Origin: a virus
IMG/VR virus record: IMGVR_UViG_3300021371_000009
Coordinates: 1-64,000 of that record
DNA length: 64,000 bases
Strand: one strand, 5' to 3'
The notes beneath the pieces are model-generated. The model saw only the letters and a program-made list of their open reading frames with translations. It did not search any database and was not told the DNA's origin. The position numbers and the translations under genes were made by a program. Below are positions 49,552 to 59,648 of this stretch, piece by piece; within the stretch, counting starts at the first letter, position 1; each line of letters starts with the position of its first letter.

Positions 49552-52506
49552 TTAACTGCTTCGTAGGAAGATTTCGGAATCAAATGTGAAATCTAGTTTT
49601 CTACCAGGAAAGTTTACTAAGTCATCTACATTATTGACAATCTCATTCAAATGTACGATTTGCGTATTTGCATAAGTATCCCAATAATCATCATTGCTGG
49701 TGTTACTACCAGAATAATTACTTGTCAATTTAGAACTATCATATGTTCCTCTATATATACGACCACCGCGGTCGATTTCTCTAGTTCCTGCGCTGTATGG
49801 CGGGAACAAGAACTTGAAGCGGTCTAGTGAATACCCTGTAGGTCCGAGTTTTGCTGACCCATAGGACTCATGTAAGTGTGCATCTTCTAGACCAAGAGAT
49901 GCAATTAAGTGTAGTTTCGATGATGAAGTTGCTGTTAGTACATCTGTAGATGTGATAGTTGGTAATAGAAGTGTGACTACATTCTGTACGCTCTGTGCAA
50001 CTCTAGCAATTTGGTTATAAATCTCTATTGTGTGTTTAACTGAAGTTCCTGCAGTCAATGTCTCTGCCCACGTTTCAAATGTTTGCAGTATAATAGTAAT
50101 ATCAGGAGTTTGGTCAGTCTTACCATGTTGGTTACCATCTGCAGTTTCATTGTTTGGTGATGCAGGTATTCTTGCACTCTCATCAAATGAAGCACCTGCG
50201 TCACGCAAGAACAATGTAATGTCTTTTAAGAATTGAGCAGTAGCATCAATGTTGGCAATAGGTGTAGCATGTGATGGGAATTGTAGAATAGGCATTACAC
50301 CACCTGCTTCTGTTCCGATAACCAACTCTTCACCTCTCAAATAATTCTTGCCTTTATTGGTGTTGACTTCTTCACTGTCTTCCATCAGAATGAAATTACC
50401 ATCTTCAGTAACTATTCTAGTTTCAAACATATTTGCATGAACAACTTCTGTAAAAATCTCTAATTCTATTTTTTGCAATCTCGCAACAGGAGTTGCAGAC
50501 TTTAGAATTTCTAGTAATATTTGAAGTTCTTTAAATCTAGGTTGATTACCATTCAGTCTAAATTCAGAACCGCCCCATGCTCTGGCAGAAACAGATGTTG
50601 AAACCGAAACCTCACCAAACAGTGCAAGACCAACTGGATGAAGAATTCTCTTAACTGCATCTCTCCATACGTTGATTGAGTTACCTACTTTGATAACATA
50701 TGAAAAATCTTGATAATAAAAACTGTCTTGAATACTCTTAGAACTTTCAGATAAACGACCATCTGCACCAAAGAGAACACCTTCACTAGAAGATACTGTT
50801 CCATTCTGAGGATTAATTACAGCAGAACCAACTTGACAAACTGTTGCTGTTGCACCAGAAATTACGCCCGTTATTCTAGACCTTCTAAGACATATATCAT
50901 CTTTCTCATATAAACTAGAATTTAATCTAAATGTGTCTTCAAATGTATCTAGTTTAATCTTATACAAGTTTCTATCGGTATCTATTGATTGAATAGTCCC
51001 ATTTTCAACAGTTGTGATTTCACTTAATAGTGCATCTCCAGTCTCTAGCAATATACTATCTTCATCTTGCTTTAGAAGTTTATATGGTTGACTAGTTATT
51101 GCTTCACCTGCAATAAAAGTACCTTCAATATTCTCTAATATTAAATTCTCTTGTACAATAACATCAGGAGGTGAAGTATATCCACTACCCAAGTTTGTTC
51201 TAATAACTCCAGTAATTCGACCTAGATTATTAGATAATGATTTAATTACTGCGCCAGTTCCATTTGTTGATGTCACACCAACAAGAGGAAGTCTATCATA
51301 ATTCACACCTTCATTTACAATAGTTAAATCATGAATAATTCCTACATGGTCAGCATCATCTGGAATAATACGACCACCATCTTCTAATAGAAGTAAATCA
51401 CCATCTTCTTTAGCAATTTCTCTCAAATCACCTGCTAAAATACTGTGTCCGCTTTCTAGAAGAATGCCTGAACCATCTGCTTCAGATATTAATCTACCTT
51501 CGTTACGCTTTACAATTGCACTAGCATTTGCTCCCAACCCTCCATCTGTGTAAGAGAGAGGATCACCTAAAGCATAATCACGACCTCCATTTTCAATCAA
51601 ATAATCTTGAATTGAACCTTTACCTACTGTGCTAATATCAAATTGAGAAGAATTACCAATCTCTTCAGATACTACTATATCTCCGCTTTCTGTAGTAATA
51701 TATCCACTATCATCTTCTTTTTCTAATCTAGGTGTTTTATTAGAAGTTACAAGAGGGTCACCAGTATTATAATAAGCACCTGAAGTAGGAATACTAATGC
51801 CTGTGATAATATTATCAACTTCACCTTCGACTATGCCTGTATCTGTAGGTACTGAGATAATTTGTCCTGCAACAAAAATACCTGCAACTGAGTTTTGAGT
51901 GAGTGTAAGTTGATATATTGTACTAGTTCCAGATTGAAACGCAATAAAGTTTTCAATAAGACCTGTTGCTTGGTTAATGTCTGGTTGTAAAGGTACATTT
52001 TTCTGTAATATTTGTTTACCTACAATCTCACCAATGTTTGCAGTATCTCCAGTAAAGTCTTTAATATTGATAATAATATCAGAAGTAAACTGTCCATCGG
52101 ATACACGCAACATATCTCGTTTTGGATAGTAAACAGAAACATCTTCATTAAACAACATTCTAAACAAAAGAATAATAGATTTGTCTGTTCCTTTTGCTTG
52201 ATAGAATTCTTTAATATTTTTTAGAAGAGTTCTCTTATCATTAAGAATGGAATCAGGAATATCTACAAGATAATTTTCTTTAAAATATGTTACAAAAGCA
52301 TCTACTGTATTATCAATGTCATTATACAACTTAGCATTACGAGTTGTTTCGATGGCATTGCCATTTAATTCTAACCACTCATAGTATGCTTCAATAAAAG
52401 TGACAAATGTTGTATGGTCACTTCTGACAAATTCAGGCAATTGGTCTCCTATTATAGAAGATACCGCGCCTTTTATGTTATCAATATTTGCTTTAAGTAA
52501 AGACAT
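49552..52506 (-). CDS. gp7: baseplate wedge protein, gp7-like
   Basis: QLPEFV, FIEAYYEWLE, YQAKGT, QDSFYYQDFSYVIK, HPVG. Confidence 0.8.
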   Translation of the reverse strand: MSLLKANIDNIKGAVSSIIGDQLPEFVRSDHTTFVTFIEAYYEWLELNGNAIETTRNAKLYNDIDNTVDAFVTYFKENYLVDIPDSILNDKRTLLKNIKEFYQAKGTDKSIILLFRMLFNEDVSVYYPKRDMLRVSDGQFTSDIIINIKDFTGDTANIGEIVGKQILQKNVPLQPDINQATGLIENFIAFQSGTSTIYQLTLTQNSVAGIFVAGQIISVPTDTGIVEGEVDNIITGISIPTSGAYYNTGDPLVTSNKTPRLEKEDDSGYITTESGDIVVSEEIGNSSQFDISTVGKGSIQDYLIENGGRDYALGDPLSYTDGGLGANASAIVKRNEGRLISEADGSGILLESGHSILAGDLREIAKEDGDLLLLEDGGRIIPDDADHVGIIHDLTIVNEGVNYDRLPLVGVTSTNGTGAVIKSLSNNLGRITGVIRTNLGSGYTSPPDVIVQENLILENIEGTFIAGEAITSQPYKLLKQDEDSILLETGDALLSEITTVENGTIQSIDTDRNLYKIKLDTFEDTFRLNSSLYEKDDICLRRSRITGVISGATATVCQVGSAVINPQNGTVSSSEGVLFGADGRLSESSKSIQDSFYYQDFSYVIKVGNSINVWRDAVKRILHPVGLALFGEVSVSTSVSARAWGGSEFRLNGNQPRFKELQILLEILKSATPVARLQKIELEIFTEVVHANMFETRIVTEDGNFILMEDSEEVNTNKGKNYLRGEELVIGTEAGGVMPILQFPSHATPIANIDATAQFLKDITLFLRDAGASFDESARIPASPNNETADGNQHGKTDQTPDITIILQTFETWAETLTAGTSVKHTIEIYNQIARVAQSVQNVVTLLLPTITSTDVLTATSSSKLHLIASLGLEDAHLHESYGSAKLGPTGYSLDRFKFLFPPYSAGTREIDRGGRIYRGTYDSSKLTSNYSGSNTSNDDYWDTYANTQIVHLNEIVNNVDDLVNFPGRKLDFTFDSEIFLRSS

Positions 52507-54467
52507 TAATATCCGCTTCCACTGCCGCTACCTGATGATCCGCTACTACCACCACTGCTTTGTACTTGAATACTTGATGCGGCACCTGCTACACCTGTAC
52601 CTCCAGTTCTACTTAATTCACTAGAACTAGTAGTCTGATAATCAACACCCGCTGAGGATTCTCCAGTTGCAATCTTATCAACGATTGTATTAACTGTGAT
52701 ATCTTCAGTATTGATAGTTAATAGTACATTACGAACACTTACAATATCGTTAGAATTCAATGTCACAAAAACCTCAACTGAGTTATTATCTAAGACTGTT
52801 CCTGTAATATTCAACTGGTCAACGATTAGTTTACCTGTGCCATAATCAATAGCACCTTGCGTATTATTAACATAAACTTTAGTTGATGAACCTTCTTCAA
52901 GATAATATGAACGAATGTTTCCATTACCATCATCATCTAAGTACAATGTTTGAAGTCTTCCTGAAATATTAAATCCCGTTGAAGATAAGTTTGATGGTGA
53001 TCCAGGTCCTTGAGTAAATATTGGATTATAGAAGTTAATAGTATATTTACTTTCTTGATTTAAAATAGCATCAAAATTTCTCTCGCATCTAATTGTTGAA
53101 ATGTTAGATATAACACCTTTATCTGCTTGGTCAATAATAGATACAAATTTAGAATATCTAAAAACACTATCAAAGTCTTTTAATTCTGTAGAATTGAAAG
53201 TTGTGACTGCATCACGAATAGCAGAAGAAATATCAGTCATCGTTGATGTTGTAATATTCGGATTCCAATACGCTGTGATTGTAGGAATAATATTAATATA
53301 AACAGGGTCTACAATTTCAGGTGTGATAGAAACCATAGTCTTTCCAGATAAGACAGTATTTTTAATAGCATCTTTAGTTGATGTGGTCAATGTTCTTCCT
53401 GTTTTCGGTTTGATTGACAAAAATACTTTTCCGTAAATAGGAGGGTCATTATCTTCACCACCCCAAACTTGCATAGCATCAACATTATTATATAACTTAG
53501 GAAGAATAACTTTATAGTCTTCTGCGGTCACTGCTCTTTTTTGTGCAGAGTATGATTTAGGAGCATTAAATTTTATACTCTCTATAGTTTCTCTAGGTGC
53601 ACCGTTTTCAGAGTTGATGACAGTAGTAATTGTTGCGTTAGTAGAACCACCGACAGAACTTTGCAGTGTAAATGAATTTGCTCCATTAGCATCTTCTTCA
53701 TTACATACAATATATTCAATAATTATGATATTACCATCTGATAGTGATTTACCCAAAACATCATCACCAAAAGACAACTCATAGAAACCATTTTCAACAG
53801 CATCTAGAAAAAATACTTCCGAGTCGGATTTGACTTCTAAGAAGTCATCTGCTTCAACATAAGTTGATGTTGTTAAATCAGCAACAGATTCCTGAACTTT
53901 TACTTTTAGTGTAGACACATCTATGTTTCTATCATTCAATAAAAATCTTTGTGCAGGATCGGCACTATTTTTAGTATATTGAAGTGTCAGTAGTGTTCCT
54001 TCTTTCACATCGATATTGGTAAATGTATAGACACCTTCTGTAGGAATAATAGTTACATCAGAAGTTGTAACAAATTGATAGTTAGCATCATTCACACGAC
54101 TTCTAAATACGGTTCCTTTAGTCATCGTCAAAGAAGATGGATTTCCAGTAGGACTATTAATAGTTACGTTAATTCTAGCAGTTGCCGCTGTTGAAGAGCG
54201 AGGACGATATCCAAGATGTTTTGCAAGAGATATTACACTATCTCTTTTCACCGCACTGTCTAAGAACATTTCGTTTGCTACCATGTTTGCGTAAATAGCA
54301 TTGTAGTGTGTATTATAAGATAGTACATCAAGCAACGTATTCATTGCTGACCCCTCAAAATTATAATCTTTAAATTCTTCTTGAGATGATAAGTAAGATT
54401 TTAGATTAGTTTTAATATTGTTAAAATCTAACTCGGTAACTCTTAATCTGCTAGTTGTCTGTGCCAT
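52506..54467 (-). CDS. gp6: baseplate wedge subunit
   Basis: LDFNNIK, DYNFEGS, YNTHYNA, RAVTAEDY, WGGEDNDPP.YGKVF. Confidence 0.96.
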   Translation of the reverse strand: MAQTTSRLRVTELDFNNIKTNLKSYLSSQEEFKDYNFEGSAMNTLLDVLSYNTHYNAIYANMVANEMFLDSAVKRDSVISLAKHLGYRPRSSTAATARINVTINSPTGNPSSLTMTKGTVFRSRVNDANYQFVTTSDVTIIPTEGVYTFTNIDVKEGTLLTLQYTKNSADPAQRFLLNDRNIDVSTLKVKVQESVADLTTSTYVEADDFLEVKSDSEVFFLDAVENGFYELSFGDDVLGKSLSDGNIIIIEYIVCNEEDANGANSFTLQSSVGGSTNATITTVINSENGAPRETIESIKFNAPKSYSAQKRAVTAEDYKVILPKLYNNVDAMQVWGGEDNDPPIYGKVFLSIKPKTGRTLTTSTKDAIKNTVLSGKTMVSITPEIVDPVYINIIPTITAYWNPNITTSTMTDISSAIRDAVTTFNSTELKDFDSVFRYSKFVSIIDQADKGVISNISTIRCERNFDAILNQESKYTINFYNPIFTQGPGSPSNLSSTGFNISGRLQTLYLDDDGNGNIRSYYLEEGSSTKVYVNNTQGAIDYGTGKLIVDQLNITGTVLDNNSVEVFVTLNSNDIVSVRNVLLTINTEDITVNTIVDKIATGESSAGVDYQTTSSSELSRTGGTGVAGAASSIQVQSSGGSSGSSGSGSGSGY

Positions 54468-54871
54468 TATCGTGTCCTTGTCAAGTAGGTTTCAAATACC
54501 TCTGACCCTGTAAAGTTTACAACATGAAAAAATATTCTCACTCTATATGAATTTGTATCTGCTTCATCAAATACTTGTACTTCATCAAGTCTTGCTCTTG
54601 GTTCGTGATTGTCAATAACTTCACGAATAGATTTCTCAATAAGTCTTCTAGTCATAGGTGTGTTATTTTCAAATAACAAATCAGCGATTGATGTTCCTAG
54701 ATAAGGTTGAAATGGTCTTTCAAAGTATCTGGTTCGCAAAAGAGATTTCATAGATTGTTTCACTGCTTCAACGTCTGTCTTTCTCGCTACATCTGTTGTT
54801 GTAGAAAGTTTAGTGAAGTTAAAGTCTAAATCTTTAAAATCTGCTGTTTTTCTTGTTACTGTTGTTGCCAT
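54467..54871 (-). CDS. gp25: baseplate wedge subunit
   Basis: FKDLDFNF, ERPFQPYLG, HEPRA. Confidence 0.93.
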   Translation of the reverse strand: MATTVTRKTADFKDLDFNFTKLSTTTDVARKTDVEAVKQSMKSLLRTRYFERPFQPYLGTSIADLLFENNTPMTRRLIEKSIREVIDNHEPRARLDEVQVFDEADTNSYRVRIFFHVVNFTGSEVFETYLTRTR

Positions 54872-54889
54872 ATGACTATTTATACCTGT

Positions 54890-55186
54890 TTACCCACCAG
54901 CAAATACATTCTTTGAACCAGTTGCAACTGATGTGCAAGAAGTTACACCATCTCCAACTCTACCACAACCTTTATTGTTCACAAATACTGTTGACGAACC
55001 TTTACTTATAGGTTTCGCATGAGAAGGACATGGTGCACCAGGTAGTTTATGAGTTGTATTCTTATCACCTTGTCTACTAATACCAGTACCATTACAAAAC
55101 ACATTGCCACTTCTTTGGTCTCTCTTAGGAATTGAACAATGTATCACATCTTTATCAACGCTATCACCTCTACAAACTGCTGGCAT
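54890..55186 (-). CDS. PAAR spike-tip protein (gp5.4-like)
   Basis: PAVCRGD, GSSTVFVN, RVGD, GSKNVFAG with Cys/His ligands. Confidence 0.92.
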   Translation of the reverse strand: MPAVCRGDSVDKDVIHCSIPKRDQRSGNVFCNGTGISRQGDKNTTHKLPGAPCPSHAKPISKGSSTVFVNNKGCGRVGDGVTSCTSVATGSKNVFAGG

Positions 55187-55383
55187 TATAATCTCTCTCT
55201 AGAAAATATCTCTTTGAACTTTGTGTGAAAAGTATCAATCAAATCATGTTCTTCTTGCGTATGCGGTTCCGGCGGAAAGTCAGGTTCAAATCCTATCAGA
55301 TTGTCAAATGACATAGGTATATCATCGATATGACGATATGTGTGAACTACACCACCAATCAGAACTTGAAACTTACCTGTCAT
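55186..55383 (-). CDS. conserved hypothetical protein between gp5 and PAAR
   Basis: DDIPMSFDNLIGFEPDFPPEPHTQEEH. Confidence 0.75.
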   Translation of the reverse strand: MTGKFQVLIGGVVHTYRHIDDIPMSFDNLIGFEPDFPPEPHTQEEHDLIDTFHTKFKEIFSRERL

Positions 55384-55395
55384 CTATTTTACCCC

Positions 55396-56298
55396 CTAGT
55401 TCAAATCAATTCTAGGTGCATCAGCATCAATATGCTTACCACCATTCAAGTCAATTGTATCAGACGCATCAACTCTAAAGTTGACACACTTAACACGAAC
55501 ATCTTTAGTTGATTGTATATCAATGTCATCTTCTGCTTTAATAGTTGCTTTACCGCCTACATATATGTTATATTGACCCTTCACATGTTCGTTATGGTCT
55601 TTTTCTATTAGAACTTCTTGCACACCCTCATTCAATATTCGTATAGAACCATCAGGATGCATCTCAATGAAACTACCTGACATATGTTGTATGTTAATTC
55701 TTTCTCCATCTGGCGTATCATCCAGTTCAATGACATGTCCACTCTCTGTTTGATTTACTTTATTAAATGGGTATCTTGCATTATAAGGAATTGGCATAGT
55801 GTTCCAAGTACCACCATCCCATGCAATAGGATGAGCAGGATGCTTTTCAGCATCTAGAACTTCTTGCTTCTTCTTATAAAGTTTAGACCTTTTGTCGCCT
55901 CTTGCTAAACGAGAAGTATCAGGTTCATTAATCTCTACAGGATGTGTTCCTGAAGGGTCACAGAATCCTAAATCAGTGTTTGGTCTTTCTATAGGATAAC
56001 CATGAAATGAACCCATAACAACAGGTTCTTGACATTCATTACCATCTCTAAAGAAACCTAAAACCCAAGAACCCTTTAAGAGTCCTGATGGAGAGTGACC
56101 TATTTGTGAAATAGATGCACCGGTTGTTGGCATCATTACCATCGCCCATGGTAAATCATCTGTAGATAATGTTTCTTTATCTTCGGTATGAATACCCAAA
56201 CATCTGACTTTAACTCTACCTAATTGTTCAGGATCATTGTGGTCTTCAACTACACCTTGAAACCAAGTAAATCCATCAAATCCCATAAATTTTCTCAT
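55396..56298 (-). CDS. gp5: baseplate central spike without lysozyme domain
   Basis: WFQGVVED..DP..LGRVKVR (OB fold), YPFNKV..TESGH..E.DDTP, short beta-helix. Confidence 0.92.
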   Translation of the reverse strand: MRKFMGFDGFTWFQGVVEDHNDPEQLGRVKVRCLGIHTEDKETLSTDDLPWAMVMMPTTGASISQIGHSPSGLLKGSWVLGFFRDGNECQEPVVMGSFHGYPIERPNTDLGFCDPSGTHPVEINEPDTSRLARGDKRSKLYKKKQEVLDAEKHPAHPIAWDGGTWNTMPIPYNARYPFNKVNQTESGHVIELDDTPDGERINIQHMSGSFIEMHPDGSIRILNEGVQEVLIEKDHNEHVKGQYNIYVGGKATIKAEDDIDIQSTKDVRVKCVNFRVDASDTIDLNGGKHIDADAPRIDLN

Positions 56299-56307
56299 AA
56301 TCTACCT

Positions 56308-57030
56308 CTAGTTTTGTTTGAGTATAATATCAAATGCCGCTGTTACTCTTGCATTGTTTGACCGAACTGATGCACGAACATCAATATCAGACTTCTCTGG
56401 AATTACTCTAGGAACTGAAAACTCGTATAAGTATTGTCCACCTGCACCAGATACTTCAAATGAGTGACCAATTCTGAATGCATCTTGTCCAAAATAACGA
56501 ACAAACATATTACCTGTTGCATCTGCGCCAGACTGAACTGTTGCAGTTCCTTTCATTAGATAACCTGTGTAACCTGCAGGAATTGTATAAATCGCCATCA
56601 GAGTTTGACCAATACCAGCAGTAATTCTTGCAACAACTGTAGATGATACTTTAATATCGATATTCCCTACATTATCTGCACCTGAAGAAACATATGCTCT
56701 AAAGACACGAATGAATGTTACTGAATCCGTAGTTGCGTTTGCTGATGCATTTGTGAGTGTGCAAGTTGTAGAAACACTCTCGTAATTTTCGTCAAGTCCT
56801 TCGATAGTTATTACTTTGTTAGCATCACTAGCATTTGCTCTATCTACTGTGACTGCAGATGCAGATGAGAATGATGACCATGGATACGGTGTGTCATCAA
56901 TATCCCAAACTGTACCAGTTGTGTTCTGAGACATTGCAGGAACAGCACCGAACTTGTGTATATCAGATACACCTTTGAGTAAACCTCTTGCTAGATTTAT
57001 GCGCTCATCATTGAAAAAGTAGTTGCCCAT
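56308..57030 (-). CDS. hypothetical virion-associated protein
   Basis: 240-aa Ser/Thr/Ala-rich ORF behind a late promoter at 57057. Confidence 0.65.
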   Translation of the reverse strand: MGNYFFNDERINLARGLLKGVSDIHKFGAVPAMSQNTTGTVWDIDDTPYPWSSFSSASAVTVDRANASDANKVITIEGLDENYESVSTTCTLTNASANATTDSVTFIRVFRAYVSSGADNVGNIDIKVSSTVVARITAGIGQTLMAIYTIPAGYTGYLMKGTATVQSGADATGNMFVRYFGQDAFRIGHSFEVSGAGGQYLYEFSVPRVIPEKSDIDVRASVRSNNARVTAAFDIILKQN

Positions 57031-57059
57031 AAGATGCTATTCTCTCCCTTTAGTCTTAT

Positions 57060-57446
57060 TTATACTGACAGTGTTTGGTTACTCGTTTTGAATCCTTTTT
57101 TACGCATGACAGTCTTCGCTACAAGGTCAAACTCCTGAGAGTTTCTATCATACTTTAGAACAAATGGCATATTTATATCAGTTTGCATATCTTTCAAAAC
57201 TGCTTCAGCATCAGGTCCTAATTGCGGAATCTTTTTACCATGTTTGTTATAAGTTTGCTTAAACAGTCTCGTAAGTTCTGCAGTAGTAATCTGTTTCTTG
57301 TTACGTTCATCGTTTACCCTATCTAAAAAATGTCGAGTGAATTCAACATCGATGCCGACCTTTGCAAACAACCTATCTGCAAACTTTTCTACGCCATCTA
57401 AATCACTCTTTGAAACTTGCTCTCTTAGTTCAGAAAATTTACGCAT
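57060..57446 (-). CDS. hypothetical protein, candidate internal head protein
   Basis: N-terminal MRKFSELRE leader; FTRHFLDR...KTVMRK core. Confidence 0.65.
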   Translation of the reverse strand: MRKFSELREQVSKSDLDGVEKFADRLFAKVGIDVEFTRHFLDRVNDERNKKQITTAELTRLFKQTYNKHGKKIPQLGPDAEAVLKDMQTDINMPFVLKYDRNSQEFDLVAKTVMRKKGFKTSNQTLSV

Positions 57447-58827
57447 TCCATCCGTCCTTTACGATATTCATGTCTACTTTATATGTTGCAGTTTGATTTG
57501 ATATAGGAGTAAACATATGTACACAGTCTCTAATCAAGTAATGACCAGAATACTTTTTATTATAAACATCTTCAACACCTTCGACTTTTCTAATCGCAGG
57601 ATAATTAAATTCTAGCAAACGTCCACACTCAATAATTGGATTACCAGGTGCTTCGAAATTTTCTACAACTTCATCATCTAATTGTTTAACAATTTGCTTT
57701 CTCTTTAAAACGGTTCCATCAGCATATATTGTTCTAAATCCAACTTCATCTTTTTTCATAGAATGTATTCTACTTTGTTTAGGACTTAGCATAATATTAA
57801 TATCACTAGATACTGACTTATAAGGTTTATCAAAATGTGCTTGTTTTGATAATCTAACATAATCACTAAAATCATCCCAATAGTTATAAGTCTCTACTGT
57901 ATAATTTTTATGAAATATATCATGTGTTATGTGCTTTGATACAATATGTCCTGATATCAAATCTTTAGCAAGTTTTTGTCTTTCTAATATTCTAAAGTCA
58001 TCTACGTTTTGTGTAGTTTCTGAACCAACCATTCCTGACTGAGGTTTGCCGTCTGACCCAACAACAGGGACTCCAGGTATCTTATATAAATAACCTTTTT
58101 TGACTTTACCACTTTTGTCTCTTTCATTTTCAACGTCTGCCATCAAATCTGTAATAACTAAGTTTTTCTCTTTATCAAGTAATGTTGATGTAGAAACAAA
58201 ATAAAACCCCCCAATACTCTCATAAAAGAAATAACCAGGAGTATCTTTTGTCATAGATACTGCTCTATTAGTAACCCACTTAATTGCTTGACTTGGTTTC
58301 CACATAGGACAAACAAACTTTAATCCTCCAATAGAAGGTCCTGTTGCTAATCTTTTATGAGTACTTCTCAAACTACGATTGAATATATTACCTATGATAA
58401 CATGTGGTTCTCCCACAAATGAAGAAGATAATACAGTATTCATATTTCTATATCCTTCTTCACTTATGAGTTTTAATGTGAATAATTGTTTTCTTTCTTG
58501 AATGATTACATTTTCAATACCAATAACACGCATCCATATTTCACGTTCAGTACTGCTTTCACCATCTTTTACATTATATTTAAAATGAAATATGTTTGCG
58601 CCAAGAATAGGATAATCAGGAATCATATCATTGCTGTCATTAATCATAAGAGTTCCTGTTATGAAAGGCGTTAATACACTTTCACTCATAGAAAAACTCA
58701 CATATATGCTAAGTAAATCTAAAAATTTATCAGAACCTCTAGCATCTTCAATTGTTTTTGCAGTATTAGGAAATAACTGCATTGCTTCGACTTGTACTTC
58801 ACCGCCGCCTTTAACTCCGCCTGCCAT
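57439..58827 (-). CDS. baseplate hub protein, gp27-like
   Basis: ES...P.ITG.L...D, FFYES..GF.F.S, SGHYLI; position between gp53 and gp5. Confidence 0.7.
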   Translation of the reverse strand: MAGGVKGGGEVQVEAMQLFPNTAKTIEDARGSDKFLDLLSIYVSFSMSESVLTPFITGTLMINDSNDMIPDYPILGANIFHFKYNVKDGESSTEREIWMRVIGIENVIIQERKQLFTLKLISEEGYRNMNTVLSSSFVGEPHVIIGNIFNRSLRSTHKRLATGPSIGGLKFVCPMWKPSQAIKWVTNRAVSMTKDTPGYFFYESIGGFYFVSTSTLLDKEKNLVITDLMADVENERDKSGKVKKGYLYKIPGVPVVGSDGKPQSGMVGSETTQNVDDFRILERQKLAKDLISGHIVSKHITHDIFHKNYTVETYNYWDDFSDYVRLSKQAHFDKPYKSVSSDINIMLSPKQSRIHSMKKDEVGFRTIYADGTVLKRKQIVKQLDDEVVENFEAPGNPIIECGRLLEFNYPAIRKVEGVEDVYNKKYSGHYLIRDCVHMFTPISNQTATYKVDMNIVKDGWNA

Positions 58828-58829
58828 AA

Positions 58830-59648
58830 TTAATTTCCTATAATTTGTTTGAATTCTTCAACAAACTCTTGTAAAAGATTTGGTCTTAAAATTTTAATTT
58901 GTCGCTTTTCTTCGTTAAGTTTTTCTTCATATAATCTGTTGGTGATAACATCACTATTGAATGTTTGTTCAGTTCCAGGACTGGTGAAGAGTTTATATGT
59001 ACTTTCTGTAGTTCTAATCTTTCGATTTGTATCTCCAGATGCGGCAGGTCTTTCATAATGATGAATACCATCAGGTCCAGAATTCACAGTCCACAGTTTA
59101 TATATGTTACTGTCATATGTACTCTTCGCGTGACCTTGACCATAATTACCTGGCATATGAAAAACTGTACTACCAAATTCACTAAATGTGTGAGTGTGTG
59201 ATATTCCAGTTCCATTTTGTTTATATCTATTATATTCTTTTGCTTCTTTTTCAGATAAAAATATAGGATACCAATACCCAGAACCAGTATGCATACCAGA
59301 AGTACCAGTTCCAAATAAAGCATAAGGACCATTACCTCCATACTTTTTATTAATCATATTTTTTAATTCGCGTTCAGTTCTCGGCCAGTCTTCATAAATA
59401 TCATGTATTTCATTAGTTACGAGAAAAACCCAAGCAAACTTACTTGAGTTATAAAATTGATGTGCTAATATATCAGGTCTTTCACCCTCTTGTATATCAT
59501 ACAAGTCATATGAGAATGCGCTATTAGCAATTCTGCTATTTACTTTAACTCTACGAATAATATCTTTTGTTATAATCGCTCTAGTTTGTAATTCACCTTG
59601 TTTAGTGATATCGTAGAATGTTGTTGGAAAATATTCAAAATAACTCAT
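58830..59648 (-). CDS. gp53: baseplate wedge subunit with an internal insertion
   Basis: YFEYFP, GERPDILAHQFY, IHHYE, NEEKRQIKILRP. Confidence 0.9.
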   Translation of the reverse strand: MSYFEYFPTTFYDITKQGELQTRAIITKDIIRRVKVNSRIANSAFSYDLYDIQEGERPDILAHQFYNSSKFAWVFLVTNEIHDIYEDWPRTERELKNMINKKYGGNGPYALFGTGTSGMHTGSGYWYPIFLSEKEAKEYNRYKQNGTGISHTHTFSEFGSTVFHMPGNYGQGHAKSTYDSNIYKLWTVNSGPDGIHHYERPAASGDTNRKIRTTESTYKLFTSPGTEQTFNSDVITNRLYEEKLNEEKRQIKILRPNLLQEFVEEFKQIIGN

